Assembly (NCBI GenBank): GCA_963663895.2
Contig: CAXXRD010000001.1
Coordinates: 608,001-672,000 of the forward strand
Direction of reading: 5' to 3'
Length of the DNA: 64,000 bases
Source of the DNA: Dehalococcoidia bacterium
Lineage (GTDB): Bacteria > Chloroflexota > Dehalococcoidia > Bin125
Shown: positions 19,195 to 29,151 of the stretch, piece by piece
Numbering within the stretch: the first letter of the stretch is position 1
How the letters are laid out: each line of letters begins with the position of its first letter
Made by a program: the position numbers and the translations under genes
Notes under the pieces: generated by a model
What the model saw: only the letters and a program-made list of their open reading frames with translations
Told to the model about the DNA's origin: nothing
Database searches by the model: none

Positions 19195-21543
19195 ATGGCG
19201 TCGATCACCCGGACAGACTTGGGCGCCGCCTTGCCGGATCTGCGCACGACGCTGCGGATCGCAGGGCTGGACGCGCCGGTTCTGATCGAGCGGGACCCCT
19301 GGGGGATCCCGCATATTCGCGCAAAGAGCGAAGCGGACCTCTACCTCGGACAGGGCTTCGCAACCGCTCAGGATCGTCTCTGGCAGATGGACTACGACCG
19401 CCGGCGCTGCCTGGGAAGCTGGGCAGAGTGCGTCGGAGCACAGGGACTCGCCAACGACCGGATGTTGCGCCGGCGTGGGCTGGCCCAGGCGGCCCGCGCC
19501 GACTACGACGCCTGTAGCCCGGCGGCGCGTGCCATGCTCGACGCCTACGCGGAGGGCGTGAACGCATTCCTGCAAACAACGGCCAGCCTCCCCGTTGAGT
19601 ACCGACTCCTGGACACGCGCCCGGATCCTTGGGAGCCCTGGCACTCTTTGCTTGTGTACAAGATGCGCAACACCGCGGAAGGATCCTTCCTCCAGAAGCT
19701 CTTCCTCGGACGTCTGACGGCGACGCTGGGGCCCGAGCGGGCCGCCGCATTGGTTCCGGGCTACCCGCGCGGCCACGCGCTCACCGTGCCGCCGGGCGCG
19801 CTGTACGATGGTCCCACGCTGAACGGCATGGCCGAGCTGGCCACGGTCGCCGCCGCGCTGGCGCCGCTGCGCGAGATCGATCTCGGCAGCAATGCCTGGG
19901 TCGTCGCGGGCGCGCGGACGGCGTCCGGCCTGCCGCTACTCGCTGGGGACTCGCACCGGGGGCTGGATACGCCCAACGTCTACTACCAAATCCACCTTGC
20001 CTGCCCGGATTTCGACGTGATCGGGCAGGCCCTGCCCGGCTTTCCGGGCGCGTTGCACTTCTGTCACAACCAGCACGTCGCCTGGGGCATGACCTATGGC
20101 TCCTGTGATACGCAGGACCTCTTCGTGGAAGAGGTGCGCGCGCACGAAGGATCACTCCAGTACCGCTTCCTGGATAAATGGCGCCCGGTGCAGCAGCGCA
20201 GTGAAGTGATCCGGGTCCGAGGCGCGGCGCCCGAAACCGTCACGGCGCGCGCAACACATCACGGAGCCGTCATCGCGGGCGATCCGGCGGCGGGCCGTCT
20301 CATCACCTTAGCCGACCCCGGCGCTGCCACGCCGACCGCTTGGGTCGATGCGGCACGGGAGGCGATGCACGCGCGCTCGGCCGACGAACTCGAAGCAGCG
20401 CTCGCCGGATGGACGGACCGCGTGAACAACTACGTCTATGCCGACGTGTCGGGCGCCTTTGGCTACGCACTCCGGGGGCGTGTTCCCCTCCGCCCGGAGA
20501 GCAACGGTTGGGGCCCGGTGCCCGGGTGGAACGGCCGGCATGAGTGGAACGGCTACATCCCACCGGCGGAGCTGCCGCGTAGCCGGAATCCGAAGAGTGG
20601 ATACCTCGTGAGCTGCAACCAGCGGATCGCCGATGGGAGCTATCCGTACTTCCTCGGACACCTGTGGAGCCCCGCCTATCGGGCCCACCGCATCACGGAG
20701 CGACTCAACGCGCTCCCGGTAGGAGAGATCACGGTCAGAGAGATGGCGAGCATCCACGCCGATGCCGTTTCCCTGATGGCGCGCAAGCTGAGCGACGCGG
20801 TGGCGCGTCTGGACCTGCACGGAGACAGCGCCCGCGCACAGCGCATCCTCACGTCGTGGGACGGACGCCTCACCGCCGATGCGCCCGCACCCGCCATCTA
20901 CGCCGCGCTGCAAGCGGAATGGGACGCGCGCATTGTCCAGGAGGCCTACGGCCCCTTGGCCCGTGACATCTTGGCCGGCACGGACGCGGGCGGAGCCGGG
21001 CACTACGCGCGGGGGGTTCGGTCGCATGTGATCGAGGAGCTTGGCACGGTTGGAAGTCGCTACCTGCCGATCGAGGAGGAGCCAGCCATGCTGGGGGACG
21101 CCCTGGAGAGCGCGGTCCGCACGCTGACGGAGCGCGCGGGGCCCGATCCGGACCAGTGGCGTTGGGGAGCGCTGCACCACACGATGCACACGCATCCGCT
21201 GGCGGCCGCTTTCCCCCAAGCGGCGCAACTGCTGCACCCGCCACAGGTCGCCGCTGCAGGCGGTGGCGACACACCCCTCGCCGGGTCGTTCGCGCTGCAC
21301 GGCAGTTTCACGGTCGAGGCCGCTTCCGTCGCACGCTACGTGCACGACCCGGCTGATTGGACCCGCTGCCGTTGGATCGTCCCCTTGGGAGCCTCCGGGC
21401 ATCCCGGCAGTCCGCACTACGCCGATCAACAGCAGGCTTGGGCGGCAGTCGATACGATCCCGCAATTGTGGGATCGCGCCGTCATCCGCGACCGAGCGGA
21501 GTCCGCTCAACACCTCCAATCCCTGGGGACGTCGGCCCGGTGA
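19195..21543 (+). CDS. Penicillin acylase family Ntn-hydrolase (no evident signal peptide)
   Basis: RDPWGIPHI, AQDRLWQMD, autocleavage site G/SNAW, LLAGDSH, GASGHPGSPHYADQ. Confidence 0.9.
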   Translation: MASITRTDLGAALPDLRTTLRIAGLDAPVLIERDPWGIPHIRAKSEADLYLGQGFATAQDRLWQMDYDRRRCLGSWAECVGAQGLANDRMLRRRGLAQAARADYDACSPAARAMLDAYAEGVNAFLQTTASLPVEYRLLDTRPDPWEPWHSLLVYKMRNTAEGSFLQKLFLGRLTATLGPERAAALVPGYPRGHALTVPPGALYDGPTLNGMAELATVAAALAPLREIDLGSNAWVVAGARTASGLPLLAGDSHRGLDTPNVYYQIHLACPDFDVIGQALPGFPGALHFCHNQHVAWGMTYGSCDTQDLFVEEVRAHEGSLQYRFLDKWRPVQQRSEVIRVRGAAPETVTARATHHGAVIAGDPAAGRLITLADPGAATPTAWVDAAREAMHARSADELEAALAGWTDRVNNYVYADVSGAFGYALRGRVPLRPESNGWGPVPGWNGRHEWNGYIPPAELPRSRNPKSGYLVSCNQRIADGSYPYFLGHLWSPAYRAHRITERLNALPVGEITVREMASIHADAVSLMARKLSDAVARLDLHGDSARAQRILTSWDGRLTADAPAPAIYAALQAEWDARIVQEAYGPLARDILAGTDAGGAGHYARGVRSHVIEELGTVGSRYLPIEEEPAMLGDALESAVRTLTERAGPDPDQWRWGALHHTMHTHPLAAAFPQAAQLLHPPQVAAAGGGDTPLAGSFALHGSFTVEAASVARYVHDPADWTRCRWIVPLGASGHPGSPHYADQQQAWAAVDTIPQLWDRAVIRDRAESAQHLQSLGTSAR

Positions 21544-21690
21544 GGCCGCGGAACGCGAGCACTACGGACAACGCCGCCGCAGCGGCGACGGAAGCCAGTC
21601 AGTTGCCGAGGGGATTCGCTCCGCCACAGACCCACCGGTACGCTCGCCAACCCGGCCCTCTCACCCGATAATCGCGCGTCAGAGGCACGG

Positions 21691-22503
21691 ATGGCAGCAA
21701 GGGAACGCATGAATCCCGATCCTGAACGAGCAGCAAAGGCGGCGATCCTCAGAGCCTGGATGCGCGGCGCCGCCGCCTACGATCACGATGCCGGCCACGG
21801 ACTGGCAACGCCCGCGGTCAAGCGAGCCTGGACAAGCGCGCTCCAGGACAGTCTGGGCGCAGGTCCCTTCGCGCTGCTGGACGTGGGCACCGGCACGGGG
21901 CTGCTGGCCGTGCTCGCCGCCCTGCTGGGACACCGCGTCACCGGCATCGACTTCACCGCCGCCATGTTGGAGCACGCCCGCCAGCGCGCCGGGCACGCAA
22001 ACGTCCGCGTCGAGTGGCGTGAGGCCGACGCCACCGCGCTGCCGTTCGCCGACTCCAGCTTCGACGCCGTGGTCAGCCGGCACGTCTTGTGGACGATGAC
22101 AGACCCGCGGCGCGCCTTCCGAGAATGGATACGGGTCGTGCGGCCGGGTGGCCGCATCGTCTGGTTCGATGGATTAGAGCCCGGGACGGCCCGTCACGCC
22201 GTGCGGCAGCGAGCCGCGAAGATCATCCGGCGGCTGCAGCGCGCGCCGGATCACGCCTCGGACCACAGCTACCCTCCGGAAGCGATAGCGGCCTTGCCGC
22301 TACACGCGCTCCGCACCACGGAGCCAGTGGCGGCGCTGCTGCGCGAGCTCGGCGTGACGGACGTCTCGTTCCGCTTCCTGCCGGAGGTGGCGCGGGCGGA
22401 GCGGGAAGGGCAGTCGCTTGTAGAGCGGCTGGCCGGATCCAAACCGCGGTACGCGGGGGCATTCGTGGTAAGCGCGGAGATGAAGGAGCAAGGAGCGAGA
22501 TGA
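21691..22503 (+). CDS. Class I SAM-dependent methyltransferase
   Basis: LLDVGTGTG, TGIDFT, ADATALPFADSSFDAV, VVRPGG. Confidence 0.88.
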   Translation: MAARERMNPDPERAAKAAILRAWMRGAAAYDHDAGHGLATPAVKRAWTSALQDSLGAGPFALLDVGTGTGLLAVLAALLGHRVTGIDFTAAMLEHARQRAGHANVRVEWREADATALPFADSSFDAVVSRHVLWTMTDPRRAFREWIRVVRPGGRIVWFDGLEPGTARHAVRQRAAKIIRRLQRAPDHASDHSYPPEAIAALPLHALRTTEPVAALLRELGVTDVSFRFLPEVARAEREGQSLVERLAGSKPRYAGAFVVSAEMKEQGAR

Positions 22504-24098
22504 CCACTGCATTTATCAATGGGCGCATCCTGACAATGGACGAATCGATACCCAACGCCGCCGTCGTCGTCGTGCACCAGGAAGAGATCGTCGCCGTTGG
22601 AGAGGAAGCGCTGCTCAACGCTTACCCAGACGCCGAGCGCTACGACCTCGGGGGCAAGCTCCTGATCCCGGGTTTCATCGACGCCCACTGCCACCTCTCG
22701 ATCGCCGCCCTGCACCCACGCTGGGCCAACCTGGAGGAGGTCCACACCCTGGATGCGCTGCGCGAGGCGCTGCGGAAGCAAGCGCAACGGGAGCCCGAGG
22801 CGCAGTGGATCCGCGGCTACCAATGGATGCCGGGCCTCGGAAGACCGAAAGTCACGCGCCACGATCTGGACCAGATGGGATTCGACCGGCCCGTCATCCT
22901 CGCGCACTTCACGCTGCACCAGGGATTGGTCGATTCGCGGGGGCTGGAACTGCTCGGCATTGACCGCCGGACGGTCGCGCCCAAGGGTGGCGTCATCGTG
23001 CACGACCGCCAAGGCGAGCCGACCGGCCGTCTCTTGGAGTCCGCTTGGAGCGAGGCGAACGCCCGCTCGCTGGCCGCGTACGGTCAACGCGAGCGCTGGG
23101 GGGAGCTCGTCGCGCAGCGGGGGCGGACGCTCCTCGCCGACGGGGTCACCGCCGTGCACGACGCCGCCTGCTCGCCGGCTGCGGAAGGCCTCTACCGGTC
23201 GATGGCCGCGCGCGGCGACCTCCCGATCTCCGTCCTGGCCATGCCGCATCCCGCGACGCTGTTCACCAACCGCTATCGCACACGGCTCGACGGACCGTTG
23301 ACGGGCGACGGCGACGCCTGGTTTCGCGTCGGGCCGATCAAGCTCTTCGCCGACAACGGAACGAGCGGCGCTATCCGGGCTACGCGTGACGGGGAGCCGG
23401 TGGAGATCGGCGAGATCTTCTCCCTGTTGCCCGAGGGAGTGCTGGAGGCTACCCGAAAGGGGTTCCGCGTGGCGGTCCATGCCCTGGGTAACTTCGGCGT
23501 CGAACGCGCGCTCGAAGCGTTCGCGGAGGCGCAGGGCGCGCGGCCCGGCTTCGATCACCGGTTCCGCCTCGAGCACGTCGGTCTCGCGTCGTCCGATCAG
23601 ATCGCACGCATGGCGGAGCTGGGGGTGATCGGCGTGGTGCAACCCGGCTTCGTCGACGCCTTCGCGCACGCGGGCGACAGCTACCGCTACGACGGTATCG
23701 GCCTCCTTCCCTTCGGCGAGATGGCGGCCAAGGGCGTCCGCCTGGCCGCTTCCTCGGACGACCCCTGCGTATTCTCAGGACCGATCGGCACCGCCCTCTG
23801 CGGCGCCACGCGGCGCTCGCGCGACGGGATCGCGCTCGGGCCCGAGCAGGCCCTGCCACTGAGCGAGTGGATCCGCGGCTACACGATCAACGCCGCCTTC
23901 GCGGGCGGGCAAGAGCACGAGCGCGGCAGCCTCACGTCCGGCAAGCGCGCAGACCTCGTCCTGCTCGATGGGGCGCTCCAGGTGGACAACTCGCCGCGCG
24001 TCGTTGAGACGTGGGTCGCGGGAGCCAAAGTCTGGAGCGATGCGAGCGCCGCACCTGCAGACGGCGACGCCGGATCGGCCCAACGCGGCACGCGGTAG
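22500..24098 (+). CDS. Amidohydrolase-3 (YtcJ-like) metal-dependent hydrolase
   Basis: PGFIDAHCH, IKLFAD, AVHALG, FRLEH, SSDDP, YTINAA, GKRADLV. ATG 22500 overlaps the methyltransferase stop. Confidence 0.9.
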   Translation: MTTAFINGRILTMDESIPNAAVVVVHQEEIVAVGEEALLNAYPDAERYDLGGKLLIPGFIDAHCHLSIAALHPRWANLEEVHTLDALREALRKQAQREPEAQWIRGYQWMPGLGRPKVTRHDLDQMGFDRPVILAHFTLHQGLVDSRGLELLGIDRRTVAPKGGVIVHDRQGEPTGRLLESAWSEANARSLAAYGQRERWGELVAQRGRTLLADGVTAVHDAACSPAAEGLYRSMAARGDLPISVLAMPHPATLFTNRYRTRLDGPLTGDGDAWFRVGPIKLFADNGTSGAIRATRDGEPVEIGEIFSLLPEGVLEATRKGFRVAVHALGNFGVERALEAFAEAQGARPGFDHRFRLEHVGLASSDQIARMAELGVIGVVQPGFVDAFAHAGDSYRYDGIGLLPFGEMAAKGVRLAASSDDPCVFSGPIGTALCGATRRSRDGIALGPEQALPLSEWIRGYTINAAFAGGQEHERGSLTSGKRADLVLLDGALQVDNSPRVVETWVAGAKVWSDASAAPADGDAGSAQRGTR

Positions 24099-24195
24099 CA
24101 GGGACTGCCGCGAAGCGCGTGTCACGCGAAGGCCTTGGCGGCAGAGATCGGCCGGCAACCGTCACACCCCGGCCGCAAGCCGGTGCGGCGGCGGC

Positions 24196-24984
24196 CTAGC
24201 CGTCGTCCAGAGACGCCGCCATATGCACCGCGAAGAACGCGCCCTGCGGATCCGTCATCTGCGCAATGCGGCCCCCGCCGGGGATGTCCATGGGACCGAC
24301 GACCACCTCGCCGCCCAACTCCCGCGCCCGCGCCGCCAGAGCGTCCACGTTGTCGGCATTGATGTAGATCGTCCAGGAAGGCGGCCCGGGCATCTCGGCG
24401 CTCGTGTTGAACATCCCACCGATGTCCTGCCCGTCGTGCTTGATGATCTGGTAGGCCCCGCCGCCCGTTTCGCCCATATCGAACACGTCGCCCTTCTCCC
24501 AGCCGAATAGCGTCTGGTAGAAGTCGAAGGCGGCGCCGTCATCGCTGGTGCAGAGCTCGTGCCATACGATCGCGCCTTGCTGCTGGCCGGCGCTCGGGGG
24601 CGGACCGGCCTCCGGCTGGAAAACGGCGAAGACGGCCCCCTGCGGATCGGCAACGACCGCGAATCGACCCACGCTGGGGATGTGCATGGGACCCGCGAGC
24701 GTCCGCGCTCCCAGCCCCTGCGCTTTCTCGACGGTCGCATCGAGATCGGGCACGCCGACGTATGAGAGCCAGTGCGACGGGGCACCCATCCGCCGGGCGT
24801 CGTCCGGCAGCTCCATGACGCCTCCGATCGGCAGCGCGTCCAGCATCCACATCGTGTAAGGCTGCTCGCCACCCTCCCACCACGACGTGCTCCAACCCAT
24901 GAGCGCCTTGTAGAACGGCTGCGCGGCGGCGGGATCGGACGTCAGCAACTCGTGCCAGATAAAGCGACCAGCGAACTCGTCCAT
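24196..24984 (-). CDS. VOC (glyoxalase/bleomycin-resistance) family protein with two tandem domains
   Basis: FIWHELLTSDP...FYKALMGW and IVWHELCTSD...FYQTLFGW, two DPQGA motifs. ATG 24984. Confidence 0.88.
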   Translation of the reverse strand: MDEFAGRFIWHELLTSDPAAAQPFYKALMGWSTSWWEGGEQPYTMWMLDALPIGGVMELPDDARRMGAPSHWLSYVGVPDLDATVEKAQGLGARTLAGPMHIPSVGRFAVVADPQGAVFAVFQPEAGPPPSAGQQQGAIVWHELCTSDDGAAFDFYQTLFGWEKGDVFDMGETGGGAYQIIKHDGQDIGGMFNTSAEMPGPPSWTIYINADNVDALAARARELGGEVVVGPMDIPGGGRIAQMTDPQGAFFAVHMAASLDDG

Positions 24985-25200
24985 GGCTAGGCTTCTCCGA
25001 GGGATTCGCGAACTCGATCGGGACAGGCCGGCAACGCCGCAGTCTAAGGCCCTGGTTTGCAGGGGCAACGAACCGGCGCGCTGCGGGCGGCAAATCCTCC
25101 GCCGAATTTCCCCGCCCGCGCTTGGCCGGAGGCATGCTCTTCGATCCGCTAAGCTCACGCGGCCGCAGTGGGCGGTGCGCGCGAGACCACGGGAGCAACG

Positions 25201-25530
25201 GTGGCATACGACGAACGCCTGGCGGAGCGGATTCGGGAGGTCCTGGGCCGCAAGCGCGACGTGCGGGAGCAAAAGATGTTCGGCGGCCTCTGCTTCCTCC
25301 TGCGAGGCAACATGTGCTGCGGGATCGTCGGCGACGAGCTCATCGTCCGGGTAGGGCCGGACGCATACGAAGCCTCGCTCGCGCGGCCGCACGCCCGGCC
25401 GATGGACTTCACAGGCCGTCCGATGCGAGGGCTGGTGTACGTCGCAGCCCCAGGACTGCGAACCAAGCGCGCGCTTTCGCAGTGGCTGGACCGGGGCGTG
25501 GTTTTCGCATCGTCGCTTCCTCCCAAGTAA
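25201..25530 (+). CDS. TfoX/Sxy N-terminal domain protein
   Basis: MAYDERLAERIR, KMFGGLCFL, LIVRVG, MDFTGRPM. GTG follows a GGGAG RBS. Confidence 0.85.
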   Translation: MAYDERLAERIREVLGRKRDVREQKMFGGLCFLLRGNMCCGIVGDELIVRVGPDAYEASLARPHARPMDFTGRPMRGLVYVAAPGLRTKRALSQWLDRGVVFASSLPPK

Positions 25531-25684
25531 GCCCACCCCTCCTCGCAAAGAAGCAGACAGGCGAGGGACAGCGCTCCCGTCCCGTCCGGCGCCGCGGAGC
25601 GGCGAGCGGCCCGGCGCGCGTTGACGCTCCGGAGGGCCGCGCCTAGCCTGCCCCTCTCTGCAGCGAGTAACACGGGAGATGCCG

Positions 25685-26491
25685 ATGGCCGGCCGACTGG
25701 AAGGCAAGGTCGCCTTGATCACGGGCGGCGGCTCCGGAATGGGACGCGCAGCCGCGCTGCGCTTCACGCGCGAGGGCGCCAAAGTCGTCCTCGCCGACAT
25801 CGCCGACGACGGCGGCAACGAAACGGTGCGGCTAGTCACCGCGGCCGGCGGCGACGCCACCTACGTCCGCTGCGACGTGGCCAGCGCGCGCGATGTGGAG
25901 TCCGCAGTTGCGCGGACGGTCGCCGCCTACGGCCGGTTGGATTGCGCCTTCAACAACGCGGGAATCGAAGGCGCACCCGGCAGTTTCATCGGGGACGTCG
26001 AAGAAGAAGACTGGGATCGCGTCCACGCCATCAACCTCAAGGGCGTGTGGCTCTGCATGAAATACGAGATCCGGCAGTTCCTCGCGCAAGGGAGCCCGGG
26101 CGCGATCGTCAACAACGCCTCGGCCGCCGCGCTCTCGGGATGGCCTGAAGGATCGGTCTACGCCGCGGCGAAGTCGGGCGTGATCTCCCTCACCAAGACC
26201 GCCGGACTGGAGTACGGATCGAAGGGGATCCGGGTGAACGCCGTCTGTCCCGGATTCATTCGCACGCCCATGGCCGAGCGCATGTTCGTCGATTTCCCCG
26301 AGCTGCCCAAGCTCTACGCCGACCTGACTCCCTTGGGCCGGGTCGGCGAAGCGGCCGAGGTCGCGGAGGCTGTCGCCTGGCTCTGCTCGGCCGAGGCCTC
26401 CTTCGTCTCCGGAGCCGTGCTTTCGGTGGACGGCTCACTCATGGCCGGGGGCGGCGCTCCCCCCGCCGGTATCGGCGCCGACCTCGAATAG
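25685..26491 (+). CDS. Short-chain dehydrogenase/reductase
   Basis: TGGGSGMG, NNAG, YAAAK, NAVCPG. Confidence 0.92.
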   Translation: MAGRLEGKVALITGGGSGMGRAAALRFTREGAKVVLADIADDGGNETVRLVTAAGGDATYVRCDVASARDVESAVARTVAAYGRLDCAFNNAGIEGAPGSFIGDVEEEDWDRVHAINLKGVWLCMKYEIRQFLAQGSPGAIVNNASAAALSGWPEGSVYAAAKSGVISLTKTAGLEYGSKGIRVNAVCPGFIRTPMAERMFVDFPELPKLYADLTPLGRVGEAAEVAEAVAWLCSAEASFVSGAVLSVDGSLMAGGGAPPAGIGADLE

Positions 26492-26624
26492 CGCCGAACT
26501 CCACCCGGATCGCGGCGCGGAGATGGACCGCCCAGCGTGACGTGGCGCCCGCGTGCGTCCGGGCGCGGGCGGCGATGCTAGCGTGATCCGCGCCGAAACC
26601 CGTGAACCCAAAGGAGTCTGTGCG

Positions 26625-27017
26625 ATGAAAAAAGAGACGTTCCGAGTCGATGGTATCTCCCAAGTGCTCGAAAAGGCGCAGGTGCCCCTCTCGCCCGTTG
26701 TCAAGGCAGGCGATTTCGTCTTCGTCTCGGGCATGCCTCCGCTCGACCCCGTTTCGGGCACCGTGCCTCGCGCGGACATCGTGCGGCAGACGGAGCTAGT
26801 GCTGGAAAACGTGAAGGCGGCCTTGGAAGCGGCTGGCTCGTCACTAGCGAAAGTCGTCAAAACCACGGTCTACATCGCCAACGCGGCCTACTTCCCCACC
26901 GTCAACGAGGTCTACGCGCGCTACTTCCCGCACGACCCGCCCGCCCGCACCTTCGCCACCGTGGGCTCTTGGCCCTGGGAATTCGACATCGAGATCGAGT
27001 GCGTGGCCATCGCCTGA
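26625..27017 (+). CDS. RidA/YjgF/UK114 family protein
   Basis: VFVSG, VVKTTVY, NEVYARYF, PART, IEIECVA. ATG follows AAGGAG. Confidence 0.88.
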   Translation: MKKETFRVDGISQVLEKAQVPLSPVVKAGDFVFVSGMPPLDPVSGTVPRADIVRQTELVLENVKAALEAAGSSLAKVVKTTVYIANAAYFPTVNEVYARYFPHDPPARTFATVGSWPWEFDIEIECVAIA

Positions 27018-27169
27018 CGCGGCTTCCCCGCACCGCCGGCGAGCCGCTCAACGCTGTTTAGGCGAATGGGGCAGGCCGCTGGAGTGGATCGAGGCGACCT
27101 CGCTAGTCGTATTGACGCGGCGTGCATGGCGAGTTGCCGTACCATCACCGCGCGAGACGAGAGGACATC

Positions 27170-28009
27170 ATGGCGATCTGGGAACTGATCGTGGATGCGC
27201 TCAGCAGCGCTCACCGTGGCGGTCAAGAGTGGCTCAGCGCGAGGGAAATCATCCAGGCCGTCGAGGGGATCGCGCCCGAAACGAACGACCGGACCATTCG
27301 CCTTCAGGTGAAGTTCCGCTGCATCAATGACCCAAGCAAGAGGAATGGGCCCGGCCTGCAGTATCTGAAGAACCCGCTATTCATCACCGATAATCCCGCT
27401 ATGTACGGTAAGCGCTACCGGCTGCTCTCGGAAGCAGAACGCAACACGTTCCTTGCCAATCCGCGAGAAGACCTCGATCAGTACAGCTACACCCAAGTGC
27501 TGGAGTGGCTGCAAAACTCAGCAACCCCAATAGTCATTGGAGATGGTGAGGACACCTCCGACGAGGAGTCCAGCGACGATCTGGCGGGACCAGCCTTACT
27601 TGAACTGCACTTACAAGACTATCTCTTCCGGAATTGGAAGCAGCACTTCCCTGATCTGGATCTCTACAAGGGAACACGTGGCCGAGAATTCGTCACTACC
27701 GATCCAGGCGTCGGCATCATCGACTTTCTCTGTACCGACCGCGATGGCAACTTCGTCGTCATTGAGACCAAGCGCGACCGCCCGGACCGAAAGGCTATCG
27801 GACAGGTCCTCGGGTACATGGGCTGGGTGAGCACGAGGCTGGCTGAAGGACGCCGCGTGAGCGGCATCCTGATCGCGAACTCAGGCTCAGACTCGTTACG
27901 CATGGCGATCGCCGCCGTTCCGAACCTCGAACTCAGGGTCTATGAACTGTCGTTCGCAGTTCACCGCGAGCAGCCACAAAATCGCAAGAGGACGAGCGAG
28001 GCCACCTAA
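27170..28009 (+). CDS. NucS/DUF91-like PD-(D/E)xK endonuclease with an N-terminal helical domain
   Basis: LELHLQDYL, GREF, IIDFLC, VVIETK, AIGQVLGYMGWV. Visibly more AT-rich than its neighbours. Confidence 0.78.
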   Translation: MAIWELIVDALSSAHRGGQEWLSAREIIQAVEGIAPETNDRTIRLQVKFRCINDPSKRNGPGLQYLKNPLFITDNPAMYGKRYRLLSEAERNTFLANPREDLDQYSYTQVLEWLQNSATPIVIGDGEDTSDEESSDDLAGPALLELHLQDYLFRNWKQHFPDLDLYKGTRGREFVTTDPGVGIIDFLCTDRDGNFVVIETKRDRPDRKAIGQVLGYMGWVSTRLAEGRRVSGILIANSGSDSLRMAIAAVPNLELRVYELSFAVHREQPQNRKRTSEAT

Positions 28010-28197
28010 AGTAATCATCTCCTCCTTGCAGATCGCCTCGTTCGGCAACCTCGGATTAGATCAGACGCCACAGTGATCTCGAAATGGCGGGCGCGGGCTG
28101 CTTGTGCACGAAGGATGCGGAAGCCAACCGTTGGGAGAAGAGGCAGGGCAGGGTAGTAGAAAGAGCGTTCCCGATCTCGTCCGCGAGAGGAACTCGG

Positions 28198-28253
28198 TTG
28201 ACGGTCCCGCCGGACAGTACCTAGACTCCCGACTCGCATAAGAATACCTCTCA
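28198..28253 (+). promoter_or_regulatory. Sigma70-type promoter with downstream Fur/Zur-box-like operator
   Basis: TTGACG (28198-28203), 18-nt spacer, TAGACT (28222-28227). TAAGAAT-A-CCTCTCA (28239-28253) matches 11 of 14 positions of the TGAGAAT-n-ATTCTCA 7-1-7 box. Confidence 0.6.
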
Positions 28254-28276
28254 TTTTAACGAGGTGGAGCCGGCCG

Positions 28277-29128
28277 CTGGATTGGCTCACCGATCCTTGG
28301 CAATTCGAGTTCATGCGGCGCGCGTTCCTCGCCGGCGCGGTCGTCGCCGTGGCCGCGCCGGTGGTGGGCACGTTCGTCATCGTCCGAGGGCTTGCCTTCC
28401 TCGGCGACGCGGTAGCCCATACGCAACTGGCTGGCGCGGCGGTCGCCTTGGTGGCGGGAGCAAGCTCCGTGCTGATCACGCTGGGAGCCGCGGTCGCCGC
28501 GGTGCTCACGGCGCTCGGCGTCGTGGGGCTGACCCGGCGCGCGCAGGTCCGCGAGGATACGGCGATCGGGATGCTGTTCGCGGGATTCTTCGCCTTCGGC
28601 ATACTCCTCGTCAGCCGTCAGCGAAACTTCGCCGTCGATCTCAACAACTTGCTTGTCGGCAACATCTTGGGCGTCGCCGATCAGGACCTGATCGTGATGG
28701 GCGCGCTCGCAGCCGTCGTACTCGCGGCGACGTGGCTCTTCTACGCAGAGCTTCGCTACGTGGCCTACGACCCGGAGATGGCGGCGGCCAGCGGGGTGCC
28801 CGTCACGCTTGTCCAGGTCGGCCTGCTGGTTTTGATCTCGCTGGGGGCGGTCGTCGCATTCCGGCTCGTAGGGGTCATCCTGACCCTGGCGATGCTCGTT
28901 GCTCCAGCCGCCACGGCGGCGCTGCTCTTCCGAACGCTGCCTCGGATCATGTTCGGCGGGGTAGCGGCGGGGATCGCATCGATCGTGATCGGGCTCTATG
29001 CCTCGTTCCACGCCAACGTGGCCGCCGGCCCCGCGATCGTGCTGGCCGCGGTCGCCCTATTCGGACTGGCCTTCCTCGTCTCGCCGCGAGGGCTGCTGCA
29101 GCGGCGGGCGGTTCCGTTCCACCAGTAA
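28277..29128 (+). CDS. Mn/Zn metal ABC transporter permease (ZnuB/MntB family)
   Basis: FMRRAFL, LGDAVAH, EDTAIG, LVGNILG, VGVIL, PAATA. The conserved-looking DWLTDPWQFEF lies upstream of ATG 28313, suggesting a CTG start at 28277 after GAGGTGGAG. Confidence 0.88.
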   Translation: MDWLTDPWQFEFMRRAFLAGAVVAVAAPVVGTFVIVRGLAFLGDAVAHTQLAGAAVALVAGASSVLITLGAAVAAVLTALGVVGLTRRAQVREDTAIGMLFAGFFAFGILLVSRQRNFAVDLNNLLVGNILGVADQDLIVMGALAAVVLAATWLFYAELRYVAYDPEMAAASGVPVTLVQVGLLVLISLGAVVAFRLVGVILTLAMLVAPAATAALLFRTLPRIMFGGVAAGIASIVIGLYASFHANVAAGPAIVLAAVALFGLAFLVSPRGLLQRRAVPFHQ

Positions 29129-29151
29129 CCCGCGACTGCTAGGGTGGTGGG

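Noticed and set aside
24985-25860. 554-aa ORF extending the VOC gene
   Set aside because: It overlaps the TfoX and SDR genes antisense. The VOC domain starts at ATG 24984.
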